DNA of 64,000 bases from Geosiphon pyriformis uo1 (taxonomy: Eukaryota; Fungi; Glomeromycota), in assembly GCA_016748015.1 (NCBI GenBank), contig JAAOMT010000400.1:310001-374000 (forward strand), given 5' to 3'. A model generated the notes under the pieces. That model was not told where the DNA came from. It ran no database searches and worked only from the letters and a program-made list of their open reading frames with translations. The translations under genes and the position numbers were made by a program. Shown one piece after another: positions 51,401 to 64,000 of this stretch (positions are counted from its first letter, which is position 1; each line of letters opens with the position of its first letter).

Positions 51401-52600
51401 CTCTTTGACAGCTTGGACTAAGGGTTCTAGTAACTGAGCAAGATTAGCTGTGAGTCTATCTATTAACTGTTTATTTGGGTCTTGAGTTTGGGCAGCAAAA
51501 GAGGCAGCAGCCATTTGTAGAGCTAAAGCCATGGCAGGAACAGGAGCAAAAACTGGAAGTGTGAATCCCAAATGCATCTTTTGGTTATCTTTAATTTTTT
51601 GTGCCAGTTCAATAGCCATGTCTATTGTTGAGTTGTTTTTTAAAGCCAAAAGAGGCCAAAAAGCATATGATAGATCAGTTCTTAATCTTTTTGTGAAAAA
51701 ATAGATCTTTTGCTCTTTTGTCCAGTTTCTCTTAAAGTCTACACATTTGATTAGCTTTCTAATAGCTTTGGCATATTTAGTTACTACTTCTCTAGGGCCT
51801 TGGGTTCTTCTTTCCAATTCCATGTGCCATTTGGATATTAATATTGGGGTTCTGAACTTGGTCTTAAACTGGGTAGTGAAAGAGGTATTTTCTTTTCCAG
51901 CATTGGTTGGTGTCCATCTGATTATTTGGTGTTGAGCATTGGCATCTGTTTTTTGTGAAAACCAGATAGCAGAAGAGCTTTGAAAATAGCCACCAACGAT
52001 TTGGAACTGGCTATGGCAGCTCTTTCAAAATCATCCAACCATTCAATTGGATCTTGTGTATTATCTCTAAATAGTAGTAGTGGGGTATTGTTTCTTCTTC
52101 CTAAAACAGTTTGTATATCTTGAAAAGTGACCAGAATGTTTGCTTACATGAAGTTATTAGCCATTGGTTCAGGAGTAACTGTTTGTGTAGATAAGTCTGA
52201 TTTGTTGGATAAAAAGTCAAAACAAAAGCAGTTTGGTAGCTTTCTTCTTCTGTTTCAAAGAGAGTTTCAGTTGCTTGATGGGCAGCAATCCAAATGTGGA
52301 TTTGATGATTCAGATATTCGGAATCAGAAGGCTGTTGTTCAAAAGTTGTGGAGTATAAAAGTTGATTGATGCTATTGTTTTTTTCTTTAAAGTTGTCTTC
52401 AAAATAAGCTTGATCAAAGTAATAAGTTGTATAGGCTGTGTAGGTTTCAGCTGAATGCTTGTTCAAGAACCAGTTCCAAAAATCTTGGAATTGTCTACTG
52501 AATTGATTTTCAATGGGGAAGCAAATCAAACAGGAGGGCAAAAGATTGAGTTCAATAAAGTCTAGATTGTTTTTGTTATGTGCTTCAAAGTGTTTTTCTT
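48422..52600 (-). pseudogene. gag-pol: F gag-PR-RT-RNaseH polyprotein
   Basis: Gag 51356-51823, knuckle CYCCGLIEHFFRDC near 51270-51310, protease LILDSRSSVS (50289-50774), RT 48886-49560 (YLDN), RNase H ending NANALFR with a stop at 48422. The start is approximate. Confidence 0.87.
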
Positions 52601-52683
52601 ATTGTTGTAACAGATATGAATAATCACCAATACAATAGGAAACAAAGTGGATTTTGACAACCTTACAGGGAACACTACTTTTA

Positions 52684-53350
52684 TGTTATGGGTTGAAGTA
52701 ACAAGCTAATAGATAGCAAAAGAGAACAGGATTGCAAAGTGATAGAAATAATCAAAAAGAATTCAACTTCAAAGAGCGAATTGAATAAGTATGAATTCAA
52801 TGTACAAGATCAGTTTCATAAAATATTTCAGTCACTATTTTTTTCAAAAAAAGATAACTGGGGAATCTAAAGATAAAGAAATAGTCCATATTGTCAACAA
52901 ATGATTACACTTAATATAATTTTATGCTTCACATTGGTGCTTTTAGAATTCAATATCAAGTATTAGATGTGCTCTTCAGTCACATTTTATTTAATAATCT
53001 TCAAATACTACACTTATACATTTCAGAAAAAGGGTAAGAAATAACTAACAAGTAATCTTTTATTCCAAGATGTTCAGATACTTGAAGGTAAGGAAAGAAA
53101 AATTAGTGATAAGAAAATGATTGAGATGAAAGTTGTTATTTTATTTATTTTTGATTATTTTAAACATGCTTTTCTACAGCTAAAAGATTCATTGCTTATA
53201 TAGCTGTCAAAAGTAGTCAATGATCAGGTCAACAGTCAGGTTATTGATCAGATTAATGATTACTATCTAAAAATAGAATGGCTAATTTATATGACATTAG
53301 TGGCTAATACATGTGATAATTAATAAGAAATATAAGTTTCAACCATAATA
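52684..53350 (-). repeat. 5' LTR of F
   Basis: TGTTATGGGTTGAA…TTCAACCATAATA, with the PBS adjacent at 52661-52677. Confidence 0.92.
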
Positions 53351-54744
53351 ATACAAAAATACCAACAACTCCAACATTATATAAATACTCAATTGTTCAA
53401 AGAGAAATTATCTCAAAAAAAACAAAACAACATAAAACAGCAATCAAAATATATTTTACTGGAAAAACAAAAAAAATCTAGATTAACCAACCAAAGTAGT
53501 TACAGAACTAGAAAAAGAGACAATATTATTCAACATGTACTCAGATTCAACAGCAGGACATTTTCACAAAGAAACAACTATAAAAAAAATCAGAAAAAGA
53601 TACTATTGGCTATCAATGTATCTGGACATTGTTCAATATGTTCAAAATTGTAATACTTGTTAGAGAAGAGAAGAAACAAGGCCAAGTAAACCATTAAGAC
53701 CAATTAAAGTAGGACAACTATTCAATTACATCAGAATTGACTTAGTTGGACCATTAACAATAACTAGCAGAGGAAACAGATATATTACAGTAGCCATGGA
53801 TTATCTTATAAAATGGCCAAAAGCAAAAGCCATTCAAAGAGCAAATGCAGAATCTGTTGTCAAATTCATTCATCAAGATTTAATCTGTCAACATGGATGT
53901 TCAAAAAAATTGTTATCTGATCAAAGAACTTACTTTGTGAATAGAATATTAACAGAATTGAGTCAAAGATTTGGGATAAAAAGATCATTATTATCACCAT
54001 ACCATTCACAAACAAATGGGTTAGTTGAAAGATTCAACAAAACACTGTATAAAGCAATAGCCAAAAAAACCAGGACAAATAGAATTTGTTCATACTATTG
54101 GTATTATTTGCTTATAGAACAATGAAACAAGACACTACACAAGCAACACCATTTGAATTAGTATATAGTAGAATAGCAATATTATCAGTTAAAATAGAAG
54201 TCAAAACATATCTAACAGAACCAATAACAGAAGAGAATTTTCAAAAAACATTACTAAGAAGAACATATAACTTAATGGAAACACTAGAAAACAAATGGCG
54301 AAAGGCAGTTGATAACATCCAAAAGTCACAAGAGAAACAAAAAAAAAGACATAATAACCAACTACCAGATAAACCAGTCGAATTTAAGAATAGAGACAAA
54401 GTACTTCTACATCATACCAAAGTAGAAAAACAATGGAGTGAAAAATTTAATCTCAAATGGAACAGACCATTTCACATAGAAAAAATTCTAGGAAATAAAG
54501 CTTATAAATTAAGGTTGAACAACAAAATATTAACCAAAGCAGCACATAGAGATCAACTGAAATTATATCAAAACATAATATCAATACTTACCAGTAATAT
54601 TTCACAACTGAGAGCACAGAAAATATTGGTTTAACCAAATAAGATTTTATGAGATCTGGAACCAATCATAGTTATTAAACCAAACATGTCAAATTGAAAA
54701 TATATAAAGACACAGTATATGTGACAAAAGCAACAAGAAAAAAA

Positions 54745-55379
54745 ATAGAAATACCAAACCATATTTATACTTTAGCTCAACAATTGTTTCAGATGTTAAG
54801 TCAACAGCAAGTAAACATGGAAATTATTATTAACAACCAAACAATCTGTTATCAAAACACCAAACAAAAAGGAAAAAACACACTATACCAGTAACCACAG
54901 AAACAGTCAATAAACTGGTCAGATAAAATAGTAAAAAAAGTAAAGAACACTTTTGGAAAGATAACCATTATGATTCCAACAGAAAAACTGGTAAAAAAAA
55001 TTGGAACCAATGAATAAACCAATTTTCAATACTATACTGCTACTATCAATTGGAACAAAAAGTAGATATTCAGAAGTTATATCTTGACAAATCTAAGAGA
55101 ATCTTTAATCAAGAGATAATCTGGAATATTGAAGACATTATTGGAAAAAAAACAAATTTAACACTACATATTAAGACCATTTATTGACTACACACTATAT
55201 TCCAAAACTACCCAGAAGTATTGTTACACTCTAATATAGAAACAATAATCATCAACCAATGGAGAAGAATAAACAACTCACAAATTAAAGAAATAAAGAG
55301 TAGAGTGAAACAGATGTTACTTGAAAAAGAAGTATTCAACATAATTCAAAATAAAAATTTTAACAGAGTTCAATATTAA
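54745..55379 (+). pseudogene. D ORF3, unknown function, decayed
   Basis: IEIPNHIYTLAQQLFQ…MEIIINNQTICY, ending RVQY* just before the PPT. Homologous to I ORF3. Confidence 0.75.
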
Positions 55380-55392
55380 AAGGAGGAGATAA

Positions 55393-56222
55393 TGTTACTC
55401 ATAAAAAGAAAAAACAGATATAGAAAATAGTAGACCAATAAGAGAGTAGTAGTCAGCACATAAGTATATTGCTTAGTAATGTAAAGCAATATCAGAAATT
55501 ACAGCACATTGTTCAGCAATGTAGAGCAATATTAGAAAATTAGTGCACATTGCTTAAGAAATCATAACACATTGCTTGAGAATGTGAATGATCTCATAGA
55601 ACATCAATTATGTATATATATAGTGGTAGTATTAGAAGAAAAAAAAACAGACCTCTTAGTTTAGATTTGATCTAAGCAATCTTCTATTCACAAATATCAA
55701 TAAATAATTATTCATTATTTCAATCCACTCTTTACTATCAATATTTTATGTTGATAGTAATTGATACTTAATTACACTAGAACAATAGCTCTTAATTATG
55801 ACTATTAACAAGATACTAACACTTATTATCTTGGCTTGTTTCTTTATTTCTTTTCATTTTTTTTGTTATTTCTTTTTGTTTTACTAATTGATTAAAGAGA
55901 AAAAGTGCTGAATTATTGATGTCAAGGATAGCCTGGTAAAAGACCCCAAAGGAAGAGTATAACATTGAGAATTTAAAGATAGCTTACCAGAAAAGCATCT
56001 CTGCCAGATTACCAGCCACTACATTGTGAAAAAAATTGGACAGAATTGCAATTCTGGAAGGCTACTGAAACAACTATTGAATCTCTGTTTATTATACAAA
56101 AAACTTTACAACAAAACTTTCAGACCAACCAAAACCTTCAGATATTAACATCATTATATCAATTGAGCACCAAGTTACAGGTTTGTTATTTGTTTTGAGA
56201 CCTCAAATAATTACTTATAACA
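55393..56222 (+). repeat. 3' LTR of D
   Basis: Preceded by AAGGAGGAGA PPT and matches 38756-39585. Confidence 0.93.
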
Positions 56223-58317
56223 GTATATTACTATTGCCAATCTTCAATTTTGTTTAATCTGAATAGTTTTCAGCCTTTGGTTTCCAGTTTGAGATAAGTT
56301 TTGGAACTGGATTTGAATTGGTTGGGGCTAATAAATTAGCTGAAGTTGGGACAACTAATAGATTACTAATACTGGATTTTAATAAATTGGTGCTTAATAC
56401 ATTGGCTGTGTCATTTGAGAATAATAAGGCTGATGTGAATATTGTTCAGATAATTAATTACTAATATAATTCTGAGTTTAAAATTAGCAATCAGAGTTTC
56501 AATACTAATTTTCTGATTGTTGATTGCTTAATTGTTTGTGACATTTGAATTACAGATGTTTTTGTTTATTACAATAGTAACAATTACATGTTTTTTGTTG
56601 TCATGATTGATTAATAATAATTAATGTGATTAATTTTGGATACTATTTGAGTTTCTTGGATTATTGTAATATTGTGGTAGTTGATAAATTGTCTAATTGT
56701 TAGCTAAGTATTTCTCTAGTTTTTAATTAATGAAATTACTGAATTGTTTCAACTTGGAGTCTAATTTAGATGATCCATTTATTGTTAAATTAATGGCTTG
56801 AGCATGATTAACTTCTAGCTTGGCCAATTCAAAATTTTGGACATAAGTAACTGTATCTTGAAGAATTTGCAAATATATGGGACATATGTGCTAAAGAATA
56901 CTACTATATAGTTTATAGATAAACTGGTTCAAGATTTGTGATGCTATAATGTAATTTATGTCAATTGCTTGTATTTGGTACAGATTTCTATAAACGTGTC
57001 TTAGATAAGTAGTAACTGCTTTAGTTTCTCTTTGTTTTATGGTTGTGAAAGTATAAATTAGATGATTAATGCTATTATTGTTACTAAAATATTTCAAGAA
57101 TTTAACTTTGAATATATTGAAATCTTGGAGTTTCTGAATCAGACTTTGATATTATAAATTGGCAGTATTTTAAAGAAAATATGGAATTGTCTATAATGCT
57201 TTGGCATTGTTTTATCTGTTGGCTGCAATGGCTTTTTTTACATTATTAAACTATACTTGCATATTGTCTTTCTTATCAGTAAATTTCTCAAATTTTGCAA
57301 TTGGTACATATGCTATTAGTGCTAATAGTAGTTGTTGTTATAGTTGTGATTGCTGTTGAAGTTGCATTTGAAGTTGCTGTTGGGGTAGTAGTTATGGCTA
57401 TTGTTGTTGCTATTTGGCAATTGGTGCACCTGGTGGTAGATTAATCATAATTACTAAAGGTAAGTTTTGGGAAACAATAAGAACAGTGCTTGGATTGTTC
57501 TAATTTTATGGAGTTGGAACAATTGAGATTTGTATTTTCAGGTTTTCTGAAATTGGGTTTTAATTATTAATTTCCTAATTGCTATTTTTCTTTTCCTTAG
57601 AGTTGGTTACTTTCCAAGGACTAATGATTCCGAAATCTGGTTGTGGTAATAGTAATCAAACTCTTGATGATATTGGAGATTATGATTTAAATCTCTTAAA
57701 ATAATTGCCATATGTTTCTAATAATTCTGTTTTCTTCTGTTTACTTTAGAATAAGATTCTGTTTAATAGTGTTGTTGTATTGACTGTAGATGACACTTAT
57801 TAATATTATATTGATGGTGCTTCTGGATGTGTGGTAATATAATAGTTTAGCAGATAAATCAACTTTCTGTTTCTTTTAAGTAGGTAATTGTATTTGCTTT
57901 GGGATTTCTGTTGGTGTTTGTAATCTTCTTTTTCTTTTGTCAGCAAAAGTAATAGAAAATTTTTGTTTAGTGTACTTTTTAATTTTTCTGTTTATTTTTG
58001 TGATTAGTGGTGTAAATAAATAATTTTTTGGCAGTGTAGTGCTTTGGAATAGTTTATCAAAGAAATTGTTAAAGACAAATTCTGGATCTTTTTGGCCTCC
58101 TAAATAATATATGATTCTTTTGTTGATATAACAATTGAAAGCTGATTTTGCTGACCAGTTATTATTTATCAATCTGAGATAATTTTTGTAATACTGAAAT
58201 AAGGATTTCGCAAATCCCAAGTAGTTTGTTCTTATTTCTTCTGATTCTGCCACTGTTTTGAATAGTTGTTGTTAGTACTGGTTTTTTGTTGAATTATACC
58301 TTACAGGAAGCATCAAA

Positions 58318-59121
58318 TGTTACAAATAATTATTTGAGGTCTCAAAACAAATAACAAATCTGTAATTTGGTGCTTAATAGTTAATACAATTGATATTATT
58401 TAAAGGTTTTGGTATCTGAAGATGTTGGTTTGAGTTTTTTATATAATAGACAGAGATTTAATGATAGTTTCATCTTTCATTTTCTAGAATCACAATTCTG
58501 TCAATTTCTTTTTTAGTATGGTGGTCAGTAATTCTTTTGGTAAGCTATTCTCAATTCTGAGTGTTTATTCTTATTTCTGGATTTTTTACTAGTGCTATAT
58601 TTTAACATTAGTATCTCTGCATGTTAATTAATTAGTAAACAATAAAAATAAATAAATAAAAGAAAAGAAAGAAAGAAAATAAAAAAAATAAAGAAAATAA
58701 GCTAAGACAATAAAAAGTTAGTATTCTGTTAATAGCTATTATTAAGAGCTATTGGTTCAGTGTGATTAAGTATTGAATACTATTAACATTAAGTATTAAT
58801 AATAAAAAATAGATTTAGATAGTGAATAATTATTTTATTGATATTTAATAATTGTTTAACTAAAGATTTTTGAGGTTAATTATACTAAGATGTTTTTACT
58901 GTCAGATCTTTGTATTGATTCTGTCTTTTTTGCTTCTAATGCTCTTGCTATATATATATAATTTGAATTTTATGAGATCATTCACATTCCCAAGTGATAT
59001 ACTATAATTTATTAAGCAATACTTATATTGCTAAGCAATATGTTTATGTGTTAACTATTATTCTTCTATTAGTCTATCTGTTTTTCTATTATTTTTTTGT
59101 ATGTTTTTTCTATAAGTAACA
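58318..59121 (-). repeat. 5' LTR of G
   Basis: TGTTA…TAACA termini, PBS adjacent at 58299-58315, homologous to the D LTRs. Confidence 0.88.
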
Positions 59122-62040
59122 ACAAAGTGCTTTCAATTTTGGCATTGGTCATTCTCCAAATTTTATTTTCATTGTGAAGATAACCATCTAAACAGAAAAT
59201 TGCTCTATGCCAAGCTGTATTTAATAAGATTTTACAACTTACCCAGTCACTTATAAGGATCGTGTATTAACACAATATATTATACATCTCTCTTTGACCA
59301 AAAATGTTATTCCACATTCTTTTGTCGAGTAATTGTTTGCCACAAGTGAAACATGGTTTGTTGTCCTACTTGTCTTGTTATTTTGGGTAGTTATATTGTT
59401 TTTTATAATATAACTTACAATAGTAGTGTGTGTGAATCCAATAGTTTTTGTCTAATACAATCTATGTTTTCATAAAGAACAGTTTTTTCTTACAGTCCTT
59501 ATATTTAAGTAGAATATAAGATGATTTTTTTATTGGTTCATGTGAATATAATCTTTTTTAGCCATTTGTTATTTCTTTGTTATTGGTTTTATTTGGGTTT
59601 TCCTCTTCTTTTTCTTTTTTTTTATCATTTTATGAAAGTACTAGTAGTAATTCATTGTAATTATTGTTAGTTTATGAAACTTGGTAGGCTTTCCAGATAG
59701 GTTTTTTTACTTTTTTGTTGAATTCAATTAGTAATTATATGATAGTTGGTTTGAAGTGGCTGCAAATAGCTGGTACTTATATATGCTTGTTGTTTTGGCT
59801 AAGTTAGAGCTTTTGTGTAGTCTATTCAAGTATGGCATTTGTTTTTATCAGCCAATTGTTGCCAACAAAAGCTTAGTATTAGATAGTGTTCATTACAAAG
59901 ACTTTGATTGGTATGATAATTCCATTGACTTCAAATGGGAAGTTATTTATTTAGCCTATTAGAGTCTTTGTTGCTCCATTAGCAGTAATTATTTATGTAT
60001 TGGCAGTTCAGTTAACTTGGCAACCTAATTGGTCCATGAGTTGTCATGTGATAATACTACTTGTTAACTTACTATTCAGAATTAGTTTAATGAACTGTCC
60101 ATTAACTTTAGCATTAGTGTATATTGCAGTAATAGATTTGGTATCAAAGGCAGCTCTACTAAATAAAAGTGTTATTGTTGGCTTTTCTAGTTTAAAAAAA
60201 AATATTGTGGCTAGTAATTTATCATTGGTAACAATTGCTAGTAGTATATTGCTGGTAAGTGGGTTATGATTAGTTTTTAAGTTTCTGAATGAGGCATTTT
60301 CTGGAGTAACTAAAAGACTTAAATAGTTTTGGAAATTCAGGTTTTGAATGTATTCTATTTCTGAACTCCACTGACATAATCCTAATGGTTGACTTGCTAA
60401 GCTGAGAATTGGTTGGTACATTACTATTGCCAATTGTCAAGTTTGTTGGGTATGCACCATTTTTGGTCTTGGATTTCCAATTGGTACAGTAGTCTGAGGT
60501 GGTGTTTAAATTTGTTGGGGCTGATAGATTACCTGAGACTACAACTAATAGATAGGTTGTGGCTGTAGTTGATAAATTACTGGTGTGACAGTTTGATATA
60601 CTGGAGGTATATATATTGGTTGCTATGTTATTTGGGTGTAATAAAGTGAGTACTGATCTTAATTTAGGTAATAGTTTGGAGTTTAAAACTGGCAATCAGG
60701 ATTTTGATATTGATTTTTCAATTATTAATTATTACTTTTGGTGTGGCAATTTATTCTCAAATGGTCTTGTTTCTTATAGTTGTAACAGACATGTATCTCT
60801 AATTGCCATAGTTAATTTGCTAAGGATGATGATGACAATAAATGTGGTTAATGCTGAAATCAATTAGTATTTTCTAAATTGTAATGCTATAACAGCTAAT
60901 AAATTGTCTAATTGTTAGCTAAGTATTCTTTTAATTTCTAATTAATGGATTGCTGAATTGCTTTAGCTTAGAATCCAATTCAGATAATTCATTTATTACT
61001 AAGTTAATGGCTTGGGCATAGTTAACTTCTAGTTCAGCTGATTTAAAATCTCTGGCATGATTGACTGCATTTTGAAGTGTATTTGGGTACATTGGACATA
61101 TTTGCTATAACAAACTGTTGCATAAGCTTTAGATAAATTGATTCAAAATCTGTGGTGCTGTAAAATAGTTGGCTTCAATTGCTTGGATCTGGTGCAGATT
61201 TCTGTGGAAATGTCCCAAGTAAGTAGTGACTGCTTTAGTATCTCTTTGCTTGATAGTAGTAAAGCTAGTGACTAAGTGATTAATACTATTATGATTACTA
61301 AAATTTTGTAGAAATGTGACTTTGAATGCATTAAAATTCTGGGATTTGTTTACAAGATTTTGATACCATAAATTAGTCATATCTTAAAAAAAATATAGAA
61401 TTGCCTAAAGAGCTTTGGTGTCATCCCAATTATTGGCTGCAAATGCTTTAGTAATATTGTTTAACTATGCTTAAATATTGTCCTCTTTATCTGTGAATTT
61501 TTCAATTTTGGCAATTGGTACATATATTATTGGTGTTAATTGTTGTGATTACTGTGGGTTTTGATAATGAAAAACAGAGTTTGGGACTACTAATAGATTA
61601 ATTTGAATAACTGAAGGTAAGTTTTGCTGAATAATAGGGGCAGAATTTGGATTGATCAGATTTTGCTAAGCCTGAACTGTTAAGGTTAGTATTTCTGGGT
61701 TTTTGAAAATCAGGTTTTAAGTATTAATTTCTTGATTGCTATTTTTTTTTTCTGAGTTAGTTATTTCCCAAGGACTGGTATTTCCAAAATCTGGTTGTGG
61801 TAATAGTAATTGACATTCTAATGATATAATCAGTTGCAAATTAAATCTCTTAAAATAATTGCTATAGGTTTCCAATAGTTTGGTTTTTTTTTGTTTACTT
61901 TGAAACAGAATTTTAGCTAATAATGTTTTTGTATTTACTGTGGATGTGCCTGTTGATGTTATGTTAATGGTACTTCTGGGTGTGTGATAGTATGATGAAT
62001 TAATTGGTGAATTGACTTTTGGTTTCTTTCAAGTAGGTGG
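59122..62040 (-). mobile_element. Internal fragment of Gypsy-like element H (gag, protease, Cys-rich region); host of G and I
   Basis: Gag 61129-61380, protease 60044-60433, Cys-rich remnant about 59130-59500. Cut on both sides exactly by LTR termini. Confidence 0.82.
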
Positions 62041-64000
62041 TATTACAGATGATTATTTGGGATCTCAAATCAAATAACAAATCCATAACTTGGTGCTCAA
62101 TATCTTGATAATGTTAATAATATTGGTATGTTGGTTGTATTTGAAGGTTTTTTAGAGTTGAGTCTTTTGTATAATAGACAGAGGTTCAATGATGATGTAG
62201 TTGATTGGTAAGTTGTGTTCCCAATTTTTGTCTTCAGTATAGTGGCCAGTTTATTCTGGCAGTCATGCCTTTCTGGTAAGCTATCTGTTAATATATATAT
62301 AATTCTACCCTTATTTCTGGGTCTTTTACCAGGCTATCCATGACGTTAATAACTCAGTTCTTTAATCTCTGATCAATTAGTATACAACAATAAAATCAAA
62401 GAAAAGAAAAAATAAAAGAAATAAAGAAATGAGCCAAGGCAATGCACAAGTTAGTATTCTATCAATAGCCATGATCAAGAGCTATTGTTCCAGTATGGTT
62501 AAGTGTCAATAACTATTAACATAAAGTGTTAATAGTGGAGAGGTGATTGGAAATATTAAACAATAATTATTTATTGATGTGGAAGGTTGTTTAGATTAAA
62601 TCTAAACTGAAAAGTCTGTCTTTTTTACTTCTAATGCTACTGTTATATATACATAATTGAGATTCTTCAATTCCTCAATTCTTCACACCAGAAATCTTGG
62701 AATTTCTGGAATCCTGCAATTCCTTTTGAGAAGAATCCTGGAATTCTGGAATTTTGCGATTTCTTGTATGAGAATCCTGAAATTTCTGGAATCCTGCAAT
62801 TTCTCTTGAAAGGAATCCTGGAATTCCACATTTACTATGGCTACTTCTGATTGGCTAATTTATATCCTAATATATTTCCTATATTCTATGAGTAACATTA
62901 TTCCTTTCTTTTTAATATTGAACTCTATCAAGATCTCTCAAATCTCTTAGCTCTAAATTTTCATTCTTGAGTAGTTCTTGGACTTTTTTTCCGAGAATTA
63001 TTTGTGTTATCTTGTTCTGTAATTCTTCAAATTGGGCATTGGTTATTTTTCCCATTTGGTTGACAATAACAGTATCCATTTTAGTGTTGAGCAAAATTTC
63101 TGGTCGATCTTGAAATCCAATATGTAGCCAATAAATGGCTCTTGCTTGTATGGTTAAATTGTTTTTCCCCACAAATTGTTCTAATTGTTGTAGTATTGTT
63201 GTATTAAATAATCGTCTTGTTTTATCCATATATAGATTTTGAATATTCACATATTGTCCCAAGTAAAAGTAATAAAAGTTTCTTGAAAATTGTTGTATCC
63301 ATCAATTCCAGGTTTCTATAGTCAACTCTTGATATTGGGTAATTTTGGGTTGTGTTTCTATTGCCAGTTTCACTTTTGCCATTATTTTGTCAACAGTGTT
63401 TTCTGTTTTTCTCCATACTTTATCTTGTGGTCTTTTTTTGGTGTTTGTGTATCTGATAGTTTGTTGATTAATTGTGATTTCCATTTCTTGTTGTTGGATC
63501 AATTGAAAGAGTTGTTGTGCTAGTAAGTGAATATTGTCAGTAATTTCCATTTTTTTGCAGTTTTCTATCATGTTTACTATGTCTTTATATACTTTTTTTA
63601 TTGTTCAATTTTACATGTTTGGTTTGATGATGATGATTGGTTTCAGATCTTGTGGAATCTCATCTGGTTGTACTAGTATTTTCTGTACTTCTAATTGTGG
63701 AATATTACTGATAGATGGTAATACTATATGGTAATATGATTTCAGTCAATCACTATGTGCTGCTTTGGCTAAGATTTTGTTGTCTTATCTTAATTTATAA
63801 GCTCCATTTCCAAGAATTTTTTTTATGTGAAATGGTCCATCCTATTTGGAGTCAAATTTTTCACTTCATTGTTTTTCTGCTTTAGTATGATATAAAAATA
63901 CTTTGTCTCCGATCTTGAATTCAACTGGTTTATCTGGTAGTTGGTTATCGTGTCTTTTTTTTTGTTTCTCTTGTGACTTTTGAATGTTATCAGCTGCTTT
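62041..64000 (-). mobile_element. 3' end of Gypsy-like element I (3' LTR 62041-62897, PPT, ORF3, integrase C-terminus); continues beyond the window
   Basis: LTR homologous to 5953-6823, PPT at about 62901-62913, integrase tail GPFHI…DLKPIIIIKP at 63605-64000. Confidence 0.9.
62912..63550 (-). pseudogene. I ORF3, unknown function, disrupted between the two fragments
   Basis: ORFs 63302-63571 (MEITDNIHLLAQQLFQ…EITINQQTIRY) and 62912-63262 (…MGKITNAQFEELQ…RVQY*). Confidence 0.78.

Larger units (their letters stand above)
45848..53350 (-). mobile_element. Full-length Gypsy-like LTR retrotransposon F (distinct family, no dUTPase), nested in D
   Basis: LTRs 45848-46468 (3') and 52684-53350 (5'), TSD ATAC on both sides, PBS 52661-52677, PPT 46469-46479. 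Confidence 0.93.
45838..54697 (+). pseudogene. D integrase (separate ORF), split by F just after its start codon
   Basis: ATG at 45838. The reading MNIQKYQQ rejoins across F at 53355. Core fragments 53796-54125 and 54086-54634. Confidence 0.85.
38756..56222 (+). mobile_element. Full-length Gypsy-like LTR retrotransposon D (contains nested F)
   Basis: 830-bp LTRs at 38756-39585 and 55393-56222, TSD GTGT/GTAT, PBS 39588-39603, PPT 55380-55389. Confidence 0.93.
16018..59121 (-). mobile_element. Gypsy-like element G, host of A and D; pieces 16018-17401, 37905-38755 and 56223-59121; RT, IN and 3' LTR missing
   Basis: 5' LTR 58318-59121 and PBS 58299-58315. N-domain ORF 57876-58253, gag 56891-57097, protease 38149-38721, Cys-rich region about 16730-17345, dUTPase remnant 16314-16508. 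The sequence rejoins across the TSDs of A and D. Confidence 0.85.

Noticed and set aside
62690-62830. Repeat arrays that could be read as CRISPR or satellite
   Set aside because: They are degenerate tandem units without unique spacers, inside LTR U3 regions, and there are no cas genes.

Overview
This 64-kb, very AT-rich eukaryotic window contains no recognisable host gene; nearly all of it is decayed retroelements. The protein style suggests a Glomeromycotina/Mucoromycota fungus, which is an inference only. Positions 1-3647 are the 3' half of a non-LTR (LINE) element with RT, RNase H, a CCHC motif and a tail. The rest is a nest of Ty3/Gypsy-like LTR retrotransposons, labelled here B1, A', G, A, E, D, F, H and I, plus two solo LTRs. 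Four elements (A 17402-37904, E 21777-32361, D 38756-56222, F 45848-53350) keep both LTRs, PBS, PPT and 4-bp target-site duplications. Nesting order is H>G>A>E and H>G>D>F. The elements share an unusual three-ORF layout. ORF1 appears GTG-initiated and encodes N-domain, Gag, protease, a Cys-rich domain, dUTPase, RT and RNase H. ORF2 is a separately ATG-initiated integrase. ORF3 is a conserved, non-membrane ORF in the env position. A GAGCTCA motif precedes every PPT. Paired LTRs differ almost only by C>T/G>A transitions in many sequence contexts. Two Nextera/Tn5 adapter remnants and several N gaps inside E show that its apparent protease and integrase duplications are assembly artefacts.
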